Below are positions 26,911 through 36,078 of a DNA stretch of 42,648 bases, piece by piece. Under the pieces are notes generated by a model. That model did not search any database, was not told the DNA's origin, and was given only the letters and a program-made list of their open reading frames with translations. Source of the stretch: a virus (Duplodnaviria; Caudoviricetes). The stretch lies in the IMG/VR virus record IMGVR_UViG_3300017912_003473, positions 1 to 42,648 of that record. One strand, written 5' to 3'. A program made the position numbers and the translations under genes. The stretch's first letter is position 1. Every line of letters begins with the position of its first letter.

Positions 26911-27597
26911 GTGGCGTACAAAAAATCCTACACAAAGATAATTGTTGCAGGGCAGACTGACGTTGCGCCCTCCGAGCACACCGACGAGTTAACGCTCGCC
27001 GCTGGCAGCAACATCACGCTCACCACGAGCGACGACACTGTGACCATCGCAGCGAGCGGGGGCGGCGGTGGGAGCAGTTCGAGCAAGTACGTCATGAGGC
27101 TGGCCGGCCGGTTCAGCGTGACAAGCAGCTCTGCTTTGATGCTTCACGGCTCTGCGATGAATAACGCAATGGGCGGCGACTTCAACCTTGGGCGGACAGA
27201 CATTGGCAGCTTGTCAAATACTAGCTTCACCGTCACAAATCGGCAGGCCGCGTATTATTACACGATGGGCATCTGTCCGAGCAACTGCACGCTGGACGAG
27301 GTGGTAGTGTATTCTCAGCTGCGATACACGTACACAAACGCGCCGGAGTTTAGAGTCTGGCGTGGCACGTTTACCGCCAACACTGCCGGCGATGTTACAT
27401 GGACGCAGGTGTTTGCAGCTGAGCCGATAGGCACATCGACGAGCACCGCTGATGTCGGATGTATTGCCACAAAGTCGCTCACAACTGGCAACACCTTCAA
27501 CGCGGGCGATTTGGTCGGCTTCAGCTTTCAGAGTGGCGGCAGCGTTAACAGCAACCTGAACCAGTTTACAGCCACGCTTTTATTCACGGAGAGTTAA
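26911..27597 (+). CDS. Fibre/receptor-binding-like protein
   Basis: SD AGGAG and GTG start; LAAGSNITLT..DTVTIAASGGGGG linker then a beta-sandwich-like domain. Confidence 0.65.
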   Translation: MAYKKSYTKIIVAGQTDVAPSEHTDELTLAAGSNITLTTSDDTVTIAASGGGGGSSSSKYVMRLAGRFSVTSSSALMLHGSAMNNAMGGDFNLGRTDIGSLSNTSFTVTNRQAAYYYTMGICPSNCTLDEVVVYSQLRYTYTNAPEFRVWRGTFTANTAGDVTWTQVFAAEPIGTSTSTADVGCIATKSLTTGNTFNAGDLVGFSFQSGGSVNSNLNQFTATLLFTES

Positions 27598-27831
27598 ATG
27601 TCTGCAAGTCTTGGGCAGTTCGGCGAGGTCTACGTCTCGCAAGTCGACGGCAATTGGCAGAAGCTGCCGGGGTTCGTCATTAAGGTGGGCGCTAGTGACT
27701 ATCTCGTCGCATGTATCGTGGAGCTTGAGGCTGATGTTGACCAGTCGCAAGAACCGATACAGCTTTATAAGTGCAGCTATAGCGCGACGCCACCGAGCAG
27801 CGGCGAGCGCGTATTCGTTCCCGCTGCCTAA
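27598..27831 (+). CDS. Hypothetical protein
   Basis: SD GGAG; abuts the previous stop. Confidence 0.6.
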   Translation: MSASLGQFGEVYVSQVDGNWQKLPGFVIKVGASDYLVACIVELEADVDQSQEPIQLYKCSYSATPPSSGERVFVPAA

Positions 27832-28688
27832 ATATCGGCAAGCCGGTCGATGACCTCACAGGCTGCATAGAACGCGTCAGCGCCACCGTCACTGATTATG
27901 ACCTGCAAGTCTTGCAGCTCATTCGTGATTACTCCACCACCACTTGTTACGTCATGCAACAGATTGTTTGCGCGTCTCGATGATTCACCGATGAGCGCTT
28001 CGAGCGGATTATCAACACCGTCGAGCTGCTGCTTGGCATTCCTCGCGAAGTAGCCCAGCGCGTAACTCTTCTTCACTTTCTCGATTGCTCGCTTGCGATG
28101 CGGCGCTGTTAGCTCGCTGAGCGGCTGCTTGCCCATGGCGGACCTAAGATAATCGATGCCGTCATTGAGGTCATCAGACGCAGGCTCTGCGGTCTTCTGC
28201 TGCTGTTTAGGCTGAGGCTTGCGTCGAGTCTGCCGAGGCTTGGCCGGTTGACGCGGTGAGCCGCCACCGGTTGCGCCGTCATCGTCTTCACAAGGCGCAA
28301 TGCCCAGAACACACATCAGCGTGTATCGTCGCATGTAGGTGATGTTGCTGCCGTAGCGTTGCGGGTCGGGGTTATAAGGCAGCGGCGTTAGGTAACGCGA
28401 CCACTGGCCGCTTTCGCCATGATCGAGACGAGTGAGCAGCCAGCTCGCATCACCGTGCATGATGGGCATCTGCTGAAGTCGCACACCATGCTCTGCAAGC
28501 GCTGGCACAACCACGCTGAGCATATCCTCAACGGTGGCGTACTTGTATTTCCTGCCGTGCATGTTCATCTCGCCGCGCTTCGGTATTGAAGGCATTGCCT
28601 TGACGGCCTCGCACACGGCGAGACTAAGCTCGCCCTGTTGCGCTGTGCCGCTTACCGCGTTGTCCAGTTCTGTTATAGTGTCCATCAT
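27828..28688 (-). CDS. erf: ERF-family single-strand annealing protein
   Basis: YKYATVEDML, HGESGQW, DPQRYGSNITYMRRYTL...GIA.EDDDG; ATGA-coupled start at 28688. Confidence 0.92.
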   Translation of the reverse strand: MMDTITELDNAVSGTAQQGELSLAVCEAVKAMPSIPKRGEMNMHGRKYKYATVEDMLSVVVPALAEHGVRLQQMPIMHGDASWLLTRLDHGESGQWSRYLTPLPYNPDPQRYGSNITYMRRYTLMCVLGIAPCEDDDGATGGGSPRQPAKPRQTRRKPQPKQQQKTAEPASDDLNDGIDYLRSAMGKQPLSELTAPHRKRAIEKVKKSYALGYFARNAKQQLDGVDNPLEALIGESSRRANNLLHDVTSGGGVITNELQDLQVIISDGGADAFYAACEVIDRLADI

Positions 28689-28993
28689 TGACCCCGCTTC
28701 TCGGCTGCTGTTTGCGCTGTGTGCTGTCGCTGGTAGAAGCCCCACTCTGCCGGCGTCTGGCTGCGATTAGAGCGAGGCTTGCGCGCAATCTTTGCGATGG
28801 TCTCGATGACATCGAGAATGTGATGGTGCTCGTCGTCGTCGTTGAGGGTCGCACGGAAACCGTACTCCTCAAGAATGCTCACCATCTGGAAAAGCAAAAG
28901 CTCGCGCTTGGTCCAGTCTAAGAGCTGCAAATCGTTGAAGGCTTCAAGCTCGGCATCCGACATACTATTGATTGATGGTAATAAATCGTTCAT
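28685..28993 (-). CDS. Hypothetical protein
   Basis: SD AGAAAGGAG; downstream of promoter P3. Confidence 0.7.
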   Translation of the reverse strand: MNDLLPSINSMSDAELEAFNDLQLLDWTKRELLLFQMVSILEEYGFRATLNDDDEHHHILDVIETIAKIARKPRSNRSQTPAEWGFYQRQHTAQTAAEKRGQ

Positions 28994-29093
28994 AATGGAA
29001 GTGCTCCTTTCTTTGCGCGGTCAGTCACTTCCCCGACTGGCCGCGCACTCTGTTATGCAAGCCTAATGTACATGCCTGACTATTGGCTGTCAA
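28994..29093 (-). promoter_or_regulatory. Sigma70-type promoter P3 with structured leader
   Basis: TTGACA-17nt-TACATT (minus strand 29093-29065); leader hairpin 29014-29047. Confidence 0.8.
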
Positions 29094-29373
29094 CAAGCCT
29101 GTTGAATACTTTCATCTGTGCAGCATGGAAGCCTGCAATGGTGTTGTGCTTGCGCCAGTCAGCAGCGTTGCGAATGATAACTGTGTTCTTGTACACAACG
29201 CAGAATCGCCTAACAATGCGACCGCTGCGGCAGACCTTCGCGCTGGACATTCGATAGTCGCAGCGGTCGAAGTTCAGCACCTTGGCGGCCGTCTCGGCGG
29301 GCAGTTCGCTGAGAATGCGCCGCACGGTCTGCCAGGTCATGCGGTAATGTTCTGATTTGAGTTCGATGCTCAT
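29080..29373 (-). CDS. Hypothetical protein
   Basis: SD AAGGAG; 97 aa. Confidence 0.7.
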   Translation of the reverse strand: MSIELKSEHYRMTWQTVRRILSELPAETAAKVLNFDRCDYRMSSAKVCRSGRIVRRFCVVYKNTVIIRNAADWRKHNTIAGFHAAQMKVFNRLVDSQ

Positions 29374-29403
29374 TGTGTGCTCCTTGTTGTTTTGTGTTGG
29401 CTG

Positions 29404-29658
29404 CTATAGCGGGCGGCCGCAAGAGTAGTGGCCATTTGCACGAGCCTCCAGTTCGTCGTCGGCTGCGTGCCATCCAAAGACCCAGGCCTCGAAGCACTCG
29501 TCTTGCATGTTCGGCACATGCGCGCGAAAGCCTCGCTGGAAAAGCCGTTTCCACGCGCTGTAGTCATACAGCCCCCTGCGCGTTAAGCCGAGGCCTTTCT
29601 TTCTACAGCGGTATCCGTCGCTTTCAGCATTAGTCACCATTGTCATTCTGATGCTCAT
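29404..29658 (-). CDS. Hypothetical protein with RMF-like motif
   Basis: SD AGAAAGGAG; A.SDGY...G ... AWVFGW. Confidence 0.6.
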   Translation of the reverse strand: MSIRMTMVTNAESDGYRCRKKGLGLTRRGLYDYSAWKRLFQRGFRAHVPNMQDECFEAWVFGWHAADDELEARANGHYSCGRPL

Positions 29659-29682
29659 TGTTTGCTCCTTTCTAGTGCGTGC

Positions 29683-29880
29683 CTACTTCGCGAGCTTATA
29701 GGTGGAACGCTTGCGCGCTGGCTCGATGATTCCGGCGTCCAGCAGGCCAGACATGGCCTCAGAAAAGTCAGATGGATACCCGCACCAGTTGTTAACGAAG
29801 TAATCGTTGAGAAATGTGTATCGGCCCGGCTTGTTGAATTTCTCAAAGCATTCGATGATTGTTTTTTGTGTGTCGTTCAT
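29683..29880 (-). CDS. Hypothetical protein, possible small wHTH (65 aa)
   Basis: SD AGAAAGGA after P2; FSEAMSGLLDAGIIE...TYKL. Confidence 0.65.
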   Translation of the reverse strand: MNDTQKTIIECFEKFNKPGRYTFLNDYFVNNWCGYPSDFSEAMSGLLDAGIIEPARKRSTYKLAK

Positions 29881-29949
29881 GGTGCTTCCTTTCTGCGGTG
29901 TTCCCGCTCTGTGTGAAACCAATGTACACGTCTGTACATTGGCGGTCAA
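29881..29949 (-). promoter_or_regulatory. Sigma70-type promoter P2 with palindromic operator and conserved leader
   Basis: TTGACC-17nt-TACATT; perfect CCAATGTACA-N4-TGTACATTGG (29919-29942); leader nearly identical to that of P1. Confidence 0.82.
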
Positions 29950-30022
29950 GTGGTATTGCAGCTTTTTTTGAGATTGGTGTGTTTTTCTAAATTTCACGCT
30001 TGATGCGATGCAGGTCTCGCTG

Positions 30023-30037
30023 TGATAGAATCACGCC
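30023..30037 (+). promoter_or_regulatory. Extended -10 promoter, probably leaderless
   Basis: TGaTAGAAT ends 6 nt before ATG 30038; no SD. Confidence 0.5.
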
Positions 30038-33000
30038 ATGAGCAACGTTTTAACACCGCTACAGCGCAGCGACCGCACGCCTGCTTTCTTCTTATGGGTT
30101 GCTGGCGTTGATGTCTTATACGGCAGTATAACGCCGCCCGATAGGCTCTATGATATCGGTGCGAGTAGTGGCACGTACCGCAAGCGCACTGCCATCATAC
30201 CAGGGCGCGGTATGAATTTTCGACGGCGACTTGAGATTGAGGACCATATCATCGAGGCGTCACCCGTTGATGTCGTTCTCGCTTGCGATGACCAGTACGA
30301 CGACAGCAGCACATCGACCGACCCGGCTAATATCTTTGGGCGCTTCGGCTATGAGGGCAGCAGCTTTGTATACTTTGCGGCCGGCGAGAATATCTTGCAG
30401 TCGGCGGCAACACCTATCACCGTCGAGGTGGTCAGCGACCCGACCGCGCTGTTCAGCGTTAACGATATTGTGCACATCGGGCGCGAAGCTCTGCGCATAT
30501 CAGCGATGGACGCGGTAGCCAAAACAATCACATTCGACGAGCGCGGGCTGCTCGGCACGCTGCCGGCTGACCATCTGAGTCACGCGCAGACAGACACGCA
30601 GCCTGTCATCACCGACCGGCCGGTATACTTTAAAGGCAGGCGTGCAATTATCTTCGAGTGCGACCAAGTGCCAGATAGTACGTCAGACGCTTGGGTTGAG
30701 CGCTGGCGCGGGTTCATCCCCCATGAACCAGAGTTCGGGCAAGATGGCGCAATCCATACGTTGACAATCCGCGTATCACCGCTGACAGCGCTGCTCGATG
30801 TGCCGCTCGGCGACAAGTTCTCAAAGGTTACACTAGAGACTCGCTATCACACGTTCGGCAGTGATGACGACGCGCTTGCTGGCACAGGCTTGGTCGGCAC
30901 TGTTATCGACTGCTATCACGAGGTAATGGCTGGCGACCTGTTGCGCGTGAGCTTAAACCCGCAAGCGGCAGAGGTGGCCTTTCAAAGCTTCGAGAGCGGC
31001 GACTCGGCGCTCTGCGCTCTTACGGATGAGTCAGTAGACAGGCATCAAGATCTCGTCGGCCCGCTGTTTAGAGGCTACTCTGCTACATATCACCCGCGCG
31101 CGCTGCCGATGTGTCATAGAGACGACATGACGCCGTTGCGAGTTATAAACGGCTACATCTCTGTGGATAGCTTCGGCGCAGACGTCGATGTGTTCGATGT
31201 GTCAGGCTTCAACGATGTAGACACAAGTACGAACGCGCGTTTCGGTGGTGGTGTTGCGGGCGCGAGCCCAGCCGTGAAGCCTGAGCCGGGAGTGCCGAGC
31301 CGATACGAGCGCACCATGCTGTCCGGTGTTGATTGTGCAATGAACGCGCGCGCTGGATATTGGCGCGCTGTCTATCTTGTCGACCGCTTCGGTCACCCAA
31401 GCTATGCGCTAAACCCGGCTGATGAGAATTGGCCGCAGACATACGAATGGCCGCGCAGGCTTATCGAGGTAATAAACGAGACCGGAAGCGATGCAAACAA
31501 CTTCGGTTGGAACGTGGGCCATGATGAGGACTATGGCGCGTGGGCTTCCATCAGACTTGTCGACGACAACGCGCTTGAGCCTGTTTTCGTGTTGTCTAAC
31601 AATATGGACGGGCCAGTCCATGTGACGTTCTGCAATAGCGACGTTCCTGCATTGCAGCGCACGCGAGAGGACAATCTGCCCACGCCGCAGTGTCAGTTTA
31701 GACGAATGCGCACAGGTATCGATCTAGATAATCGCCACAACTCAAACGACAGGATTGACGGCGAGGTAGTCAGACTAGGTAACGATGAGGGCGACCCAGA
31801 GACCATCAGGCTTGAGCCTAATGACAGCGACATAACATATACAACGCGCATTGCTGAGGCGTTCTACCAGGCTGGCGAGGGTTACCTGCTCACCAGTGAC
31901 TTGGTTCGCGTACCGGCTGGCGGATTTGTCATGCTTGAGGCAAGCCAGGGCGGCGAGCTAATAAACACTTTCAAAATCACCGAGTGCACGACAATCACTG
32001 TCGACGGTAATACACTTTACCGCTGCAAGATTGCCAACCGATACCAGGCCGGAGACCGGGCGCTTGGCCCGCTCAAGACGATGGCGCAGTATTATGGCGA
32101 TGAGCCTATTGAGCTGGCATACGCAGCGACATTTGCCACGCAAAACATCGGCGAGATTTGCTTGCAGCTCTTAACGTCACAAGGCGGCAACGGCATCGGC
32201 GGCGCTTATGATAAATTATCGCACGGTGCAGGGCTGCTAGACAGCAGCAGCAGCTATCTAGGCACGCAAGGCGCGAGCTATATCAACGGCAGCGTTGATG
32301 TCGATGCGTCATCGTTTCTACAGATTGACAATCCGATTCCCAACGCTGTCTACCGTCCAGTATGGCGGAACGGCCAAACGGTCTACGAAGTGCTGGCAGG
32401 CATCTTGCGCTGTGCTGGCTATGTCATCGACATCAGGACAGATGAGCGCGGCCGCTGTCGTCTCGCAGCCGTGCCGCTAGGCTTTCCAAGTCGCACAAAT
32501 ATTATAGGCACGCTCACCGAGGCAGACATTGCAGACGCGCCACACCCGCGCAGTCCTGCTCAACTCGACATCTTCAACGCTTATCTCTTCAAGTATAACC
32601 ACGACGAAAGTGATGAGCCGCAGAATGAGCAAAAAGTCAGAGACCAAGTATCCATTGACACGTTTGGCGCTGAAGAGGTTTTAGACGTTGAGCTGCCCGG
32701 AGTTCACTTAAGCGATGAGCTAGATATCATTCACCAGCTGCGCCCAATGTATCAGCGCTTGCGCTTCGATTTAAGCTATCCTCGACGGCTGTGGAGCTTT
32801 GAGGCTCGCGGCGGTCTTGCCGTTGCAGCGGAGATAGGCGGCAGCTATTCGGTGACGCACCAGTTGCTGCGACCACATCAAGGGCTTGGTGTGACAGACC
32901 AGCTTGCTCGACTGCGCGAGGTCTCGCATATCGGCTGGCAACCTACCTGCAAGCTTGAGTTCGTGTACTATGGCACAGAGGGCAGCGGGTGGGCTCCAGC

Positions 33001-33364
33001 GCTTGAGGTGACTGACGTGCCGACCGCGACGACGATTGTTGTGGCCGAAAACACTAACACCGGCGAGACTCACCCGCGAAGCGGCGCAGACATCGAAGAC
33101 CTGACAGCCTTTGATATCGGCGCGGCAGTTTACTTGCAGAGCGGCGCAACAGTTCTTGTCTACCCGGCTGGCGATATGGACAATGTGACCAGCTTAACTA
33201 TTCAGAGCGTGAGTACGACGACGAACACGGTGACGTTTACCGCTGCGCACGGTTTGCCGCTCGCATCGCAGGACCATGTTGTTGTGCCGATGGCCAGCCC
33301 ACTAGGCACAGTCGCTGCGGGCTTTGAAAATTACGCTTACATCGGAGATGTAGTGCTCTCATGA
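30038..33364 (+). CDS. Large tail tip/hub protein
   Basis: 1108 aa; VHIGRE...RGLLGT..ADH, GILRCAGY...DQVSIDTFG pattern of tail hub proteins. Confidence 0.68.
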   Translation: MSNVLTPLQRSDRTPAFFLWVAGVDVLYGSITPPDRLYDIGASSGTYRKRTAIIPGRGMNFRRRLEIEDHIIEASPVDVVLACDDQYDDSSTSTDPANIFGRFGYEGSSFVYFAAGENILQSAATPITVEVVSDPTALFSVNDIVHIGREALRISAMDAVAKTITFDERGLLGTLPADHLSHAQTDTQPVITDRPVYFKGRRAIIFECDQVPDSTSDAWVERWRGFIPHEPEFGQDGAIHTLTIRVSPLTALLDVPLGDKFSKVTLETRYHTFGSDDDALAGTGLVGTVIDCYHEVMAGDLLRVSLNPQAAEVAFQSFESGDSALCALTDESVDRHQDLVGPLFRGYSATYHPRALPMCHRDDMTPLRVINGYISVDSFGADVDVFDVSGFNDVDTSTNARFGGGVAGASPAVKPEPGVPSRYERTMLSGVDCAMNARAGYWRAVYLVDRFGHPSYALNPADENWPQTYEWPRRLIEVINETGSDANNFGWNVGHDEDYGAWASIRLVDDNALEPVFVLSNNMDGPVHVTFCNSDVPALQRTREDNLPTPQCQFRRMRTGIDLDNRHNSNDRIDGEVVRLGNDEGDPETIRLEPNDSDITYTTRIAEAFYQAGEGYLLTSDLVRVPAGGFVMLEASQGGELINTFKITECTTITVDGNTLYRCKIANRYQAGDRALGPLKTMAQYYGDEPIELAYAATFATQNIGEICLQLLTSQGGNGIGGAYDKLSHGAGLLDSSSSYLGTQGASYINGSVDVDASSFLQIDNPIPNAVYRPVWRNGQTVYEVLAGILRCAGYVIDIRTDERGRCRLAAVPLGFPSRTNIIGTLTEADIADAPHPRSPAQLDIFNAYLFKYNHDESDEPQNEQKVRDQVSIDTFGAEEVLDVELPGVHLSDELDIIHQLRPMYQRLRFDLSYPRRLWSFEARGGLAVAAEIGGSYSVTHQLLRPHQGLGVTDQLARLREVSHIGWQPTCKLEFVYYGTEGSGWAPALEVTDVPTATTIVVAENTNTGETHPRSGADIEDLTAFDIGAAVYLQSGATVLVYPAGDMDNVTSLTIQSVSTTTNTVTFTAAHGLPLASQDHVVVPMASPLGTVAAGFENYAYIGDVVLS

Positions 33365-34110
33365 GTGTTGTTATTCCACCAGCGCGAATATTGCCGCCAA
33401 GTCTTGAGAGCCGGCAGTGGCTTGCGCCAGTGCGCGCAGAGCAGATGAGCAGGTTTGCCGAGGTTGCTGCGCACTTGGCAGCAGTTAAGGCCACAAACCA
33501 CATCACGCATCGCATCGGGTACATCGCACCTAATGTCACAACCGTCGTTCCTAACCGGCCAGGCGACATTAAGACCTACGACCCAAGCGGCACAGCGACG
33601 GTGCTGCTCGAAGGCACGCACGAGATTGAGCTGCCCCACACCAACCCGTACAGCAGCTATTGCGAGGTTGTGCTGCTTGTGCAGGCTCACCCGTTCACAA
33701 TTGAGCAGGACACATCGTCACCTAATTTTGACAAGCCGCGCATTCCAGAGCTCAAACTGCAACTTAAAGACAGCAGCGGCGTCATCGTGGACCCGACCGC
33801 GGCAGAGCGCGCAGCGGGTGCGAGTTACGCAATCAAGCTGACCACGAGCAACGGCGGGCTTGATAGCGACGCAGGGCGCATCGGCAACGCGGACAGCGAT
33901 GGGCCTTATGAATACCCAGTGCAGCGAGTGGTGTGCGCTGTGCGGCCGCACGATGCCTACGCAGCGGGGACGCTGCCGTCAGCTATACCGAGAGGGCTGC
34001 GCTATGGCACGGTTGAAGGCACAGGCGGCGCTGTCGTTCTGGAGATATCGTTTAGCGCGGTGAGGGTTCTGCAAGTGGACATAAACGAATGTCCGGCGCT
34101 TATCGTTTAG
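33361..34110 (+). CDS. Putative virion protein
   Basis: ATGA-coupled to the tail tip gene. Confidence 0.55.
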   Translation: MSVVIPPARILPPSLESRQWLAPVRAEQMSRFAEVAAHLAAVKATNHITHRIGYIAPNVTTVVPNRPGDIKTYDPSGTATVLLEGTHEIELPHTNPYSSYCEVVLLVQAHPFTIEQDTSSPNFDKPRIPELKLQLKDSSGVIVDPTAAERAAGASYAIKLTTSNGGLDSDAGRIGNADSDGPYEYPVQRVVCAVRPHDAYAAGTLPSAIPRGLRYGTVEGTGGAVVLEISFSAVRVLQVDINECPALIV

Positions 34111-34451
34111 CGCGAGGCCAGGTCAGCGAAGTCTGTTTCATCGCCCTTGTGGTCAAGCTCAATGGCTGCTCGTCTTAGCAGCTGCGCCCACTGTTTGCCC
34201 GTCATCACAGGCACAGCGTGCCCGATTCGCTCGGTGATGGTGTGACGGTCGGCGTGCACATATGGCTTCTCGCTCTCAACGTCTGCACCGTCATTGATTG
34301 TGCGTCGCAGCGTTATCGGATGAGCACGCACAGCGCGCGCAAGCTGCCTGTCAGACGTTGGGCCAATAACACTCGCCATCCATTCTGCAAGCTGCTTCCG
34401 CTGACTGAAAGCAGCGTCCACTGCATCCTTTAGTGTTTTCGTGTTTTGCAT
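34107..34451 (-). CDS. Putative HTH transcriptional regulator
   Basis: SDRQLARAVRAHPITLRRTIND HTH-like; SD AGAAAGGAG; has its own promoter P4. Confidence 0.6.
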   Translation of the reverse strand: MQNTKTLKDAVDAAFSQRKQLAEWMASVIGPTSDRQLARAVRAHPITLRRTINDGADVESEKPYVHADRHTITERIGHAVPVMTGKQWAQLLRRAAIELDHKGDETDFADLASR

Positions 34452-34503
34452 TGTTTCTCCTTTCTGCATAGGCCAATGTACACGAATGCACGTTGCGTGT
34501 AAA
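34452..34503 (-). promoter_or_regulatory. Sigma70-type promoter P4 with degenerate operator
   Basis: TTTACA-17nt-TACATT; CCAATGTACA-CGAA-TGCACGTTGC (34473-34496). Confidence 0.75.
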
Positions 34504-34546
34504 TAGTAACGGCAGCGGCTAAAATAAAAAGCAACGAGGAGTTTAG

Positions 34547-35698
34547 ATGGCTGATTACGCTTTCAACTTGACCGATTTACCGGACATCGCGCAGACAAGC
34601 GTGGGCAGCTCAGATGTTGCGTCGGTGCTTTCTAAGATTAAGAACGCGCTGAACATGGCGAACGCGAGGACAGTGACGCATCACGTGTCGCAGAGCTGGC
34701 CATCGGGTACGACGTTTGGATCGTTCGACATGGACAACGGCGCAATCGGCACGAATCAGACAGCGTGCGTCTGGCGTCTGCCGGTTATGGGCGATGGCTT
34801 CGGTGATTATGTCATCAAGGTCAAGTGCATCTCGGACCAGGCCACCGGGCCAATACTCAACTTTACAAACAGAAGCGGCGACCTAAAGAGTTACACGCTT
34901 GTCGCAGGCGGCGTAGGCCAGCCGGCTATCGGCGCTGTGCATACTGTCACAATGCCCACAATGACCGTCGCAGCGGCGGCCGACTATTACGATGAGCTAA
35001 CATTCTATTACAATTGCGAGACAGGCGCGCGCACTGGCCAGATATTGAGCATTGATATTTACCAGGAGCCGCAGACATCACCGCTCTCAGCCGGTCTCGA
35101 TGAGCGATCAGCCGCAGCGCCGCACGACACAGACGAGGACAACGACCTCGGACTGGCAGCGCAGCCTATCGGCGGCGATGTGCTTGCTGGTGGCTACAGT
35201 CTAAACGCTGCACTCGGCAAGGCGCTGATTGACACGATGAACGCCGTCGACCAACGGCCGCGAGCCGTGCAGGCATGGAGCGCGCGACTAGACACAAACA
35301 ACGCAGAGCTAGGCGCACAGGAGGATCACGAATACATCAACCTACCAGCACACCCGATTGTGCGTCAGGCGGTCAAGCAACAGTTCTTTACTGTTATGGT
35401 TTACGCCGAGAACACCAGCGCGACCAAAGAGGCAAGGATCCCTATCGTTTGCAGCGACTCGGCATCAAGATTCGGTCAAGGTCTAGGCCGACGCACGGCC
35501 ATCATCACAATACCAGCTAACACGGCAGCCGCTTGGTATGAAGACACCATCGAGGTTGCTGACGAGGAGCGACTGCGGTCATCCACTGCGCACAGTTGCC
35601 ACGTCGGCACGTTTGCGGCTGAAGATTTTGATGGTGTAGACTATGCGCCAACGACTGATGTGCGCATCTTCGGATACAGCTTTTGGGGTTCGACATGA
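34547..35698 (+). CDS. Putative virion (tail) protein
   Basis: 383 aa, SD GAGGAG, Thr/Ala-rich, beta-like. Confidence 0.55.
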   Translation: MADYAFNLTDLPDIAQTSVGSSDVASVLSKIKNALNMANARTVTHHVSQSWPSGTTFGSFDMDNGAIGTNQTACVWRLPVMGDGFGDYVIKVKCISDQATGPILNFTNRSGDLKSYTLVAGGVGQPAIGAVHTVTMPTMTVAAAADYYDELTFYYNCETGARTGQILSIDIYQEPQTSPLSAGLDERSAAAPHDTDEDNDLGLAAQPIGGDVLAGGYSLNAALGKALIDTMNAVDQRPRAVQAWSARLDTNNAELGAQEDHEYINLPAHPIVRQAVKQQFFTVMVYAENTSATKEARIPIVCSDSASRFGQGLGRRTAIITIPANTAAAWYEDTIEVADEERLRSSTAHSCHVGTFAAEDFDGVDYAPTTDVRIFGYSFWGST

Positions 35699-36078
35699 AG
35701 CTCTCAGACAACTTCTCGCTTAGTGAGTTTAGATGCAAAGATGGAAGCGATGTGCCGGCCGAGCACATGGATTCGGTCCGCGAGCTTGCCGAAAACTTGC
35801 AAGTGTTTCGCGATGCAATCGGTAAGCCTGTCAGAGTTATCAGCGGCTATCGTTCACCGGAGTACAACAAGAAAGTCGGCGGTGTTAAGCGCAGCCAGCA
35901 TGTACTCGCAAAGGCCGCAGACATTCAAGTCGCAGGCGTCTCACCGCTAGAGGTGAGAGATCTTATTATTTCACTAATTAAACAAGGCAAGATGAAGGCT
36001 GGCGGCGTCGGCATTTACTCTAGCTTTGTGCACTATGACATCCGAGGCCGTAACGCTCGGTGGGGTTCCTATAAATGA
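35695..36078 (+). CDS. Peptidase M15A endolysin
   Basis: NFSLSEF, SGYRS, SQH..AKAADI, FVHYDIRG. Confidence 0.9.
   Translation: MKLSDNFSLSEFRCKDGSDVPAEHMDSVRELAENLQVFRDAIGKPVRVISGYRSPEYNKKVGGVKRSQHVLAKAADIQVAGVSPLEVRDLIISLIKQGKMKAGGVGIYSSFVHYDIRGRNARWGSYK

Noticed and set aside
24700-27597. Diversity-generating retroelement or invertase-driven fibre switching
   Set aside because: No reverse transcriptase or recombinase gene, and no template/variable repeat pair seen
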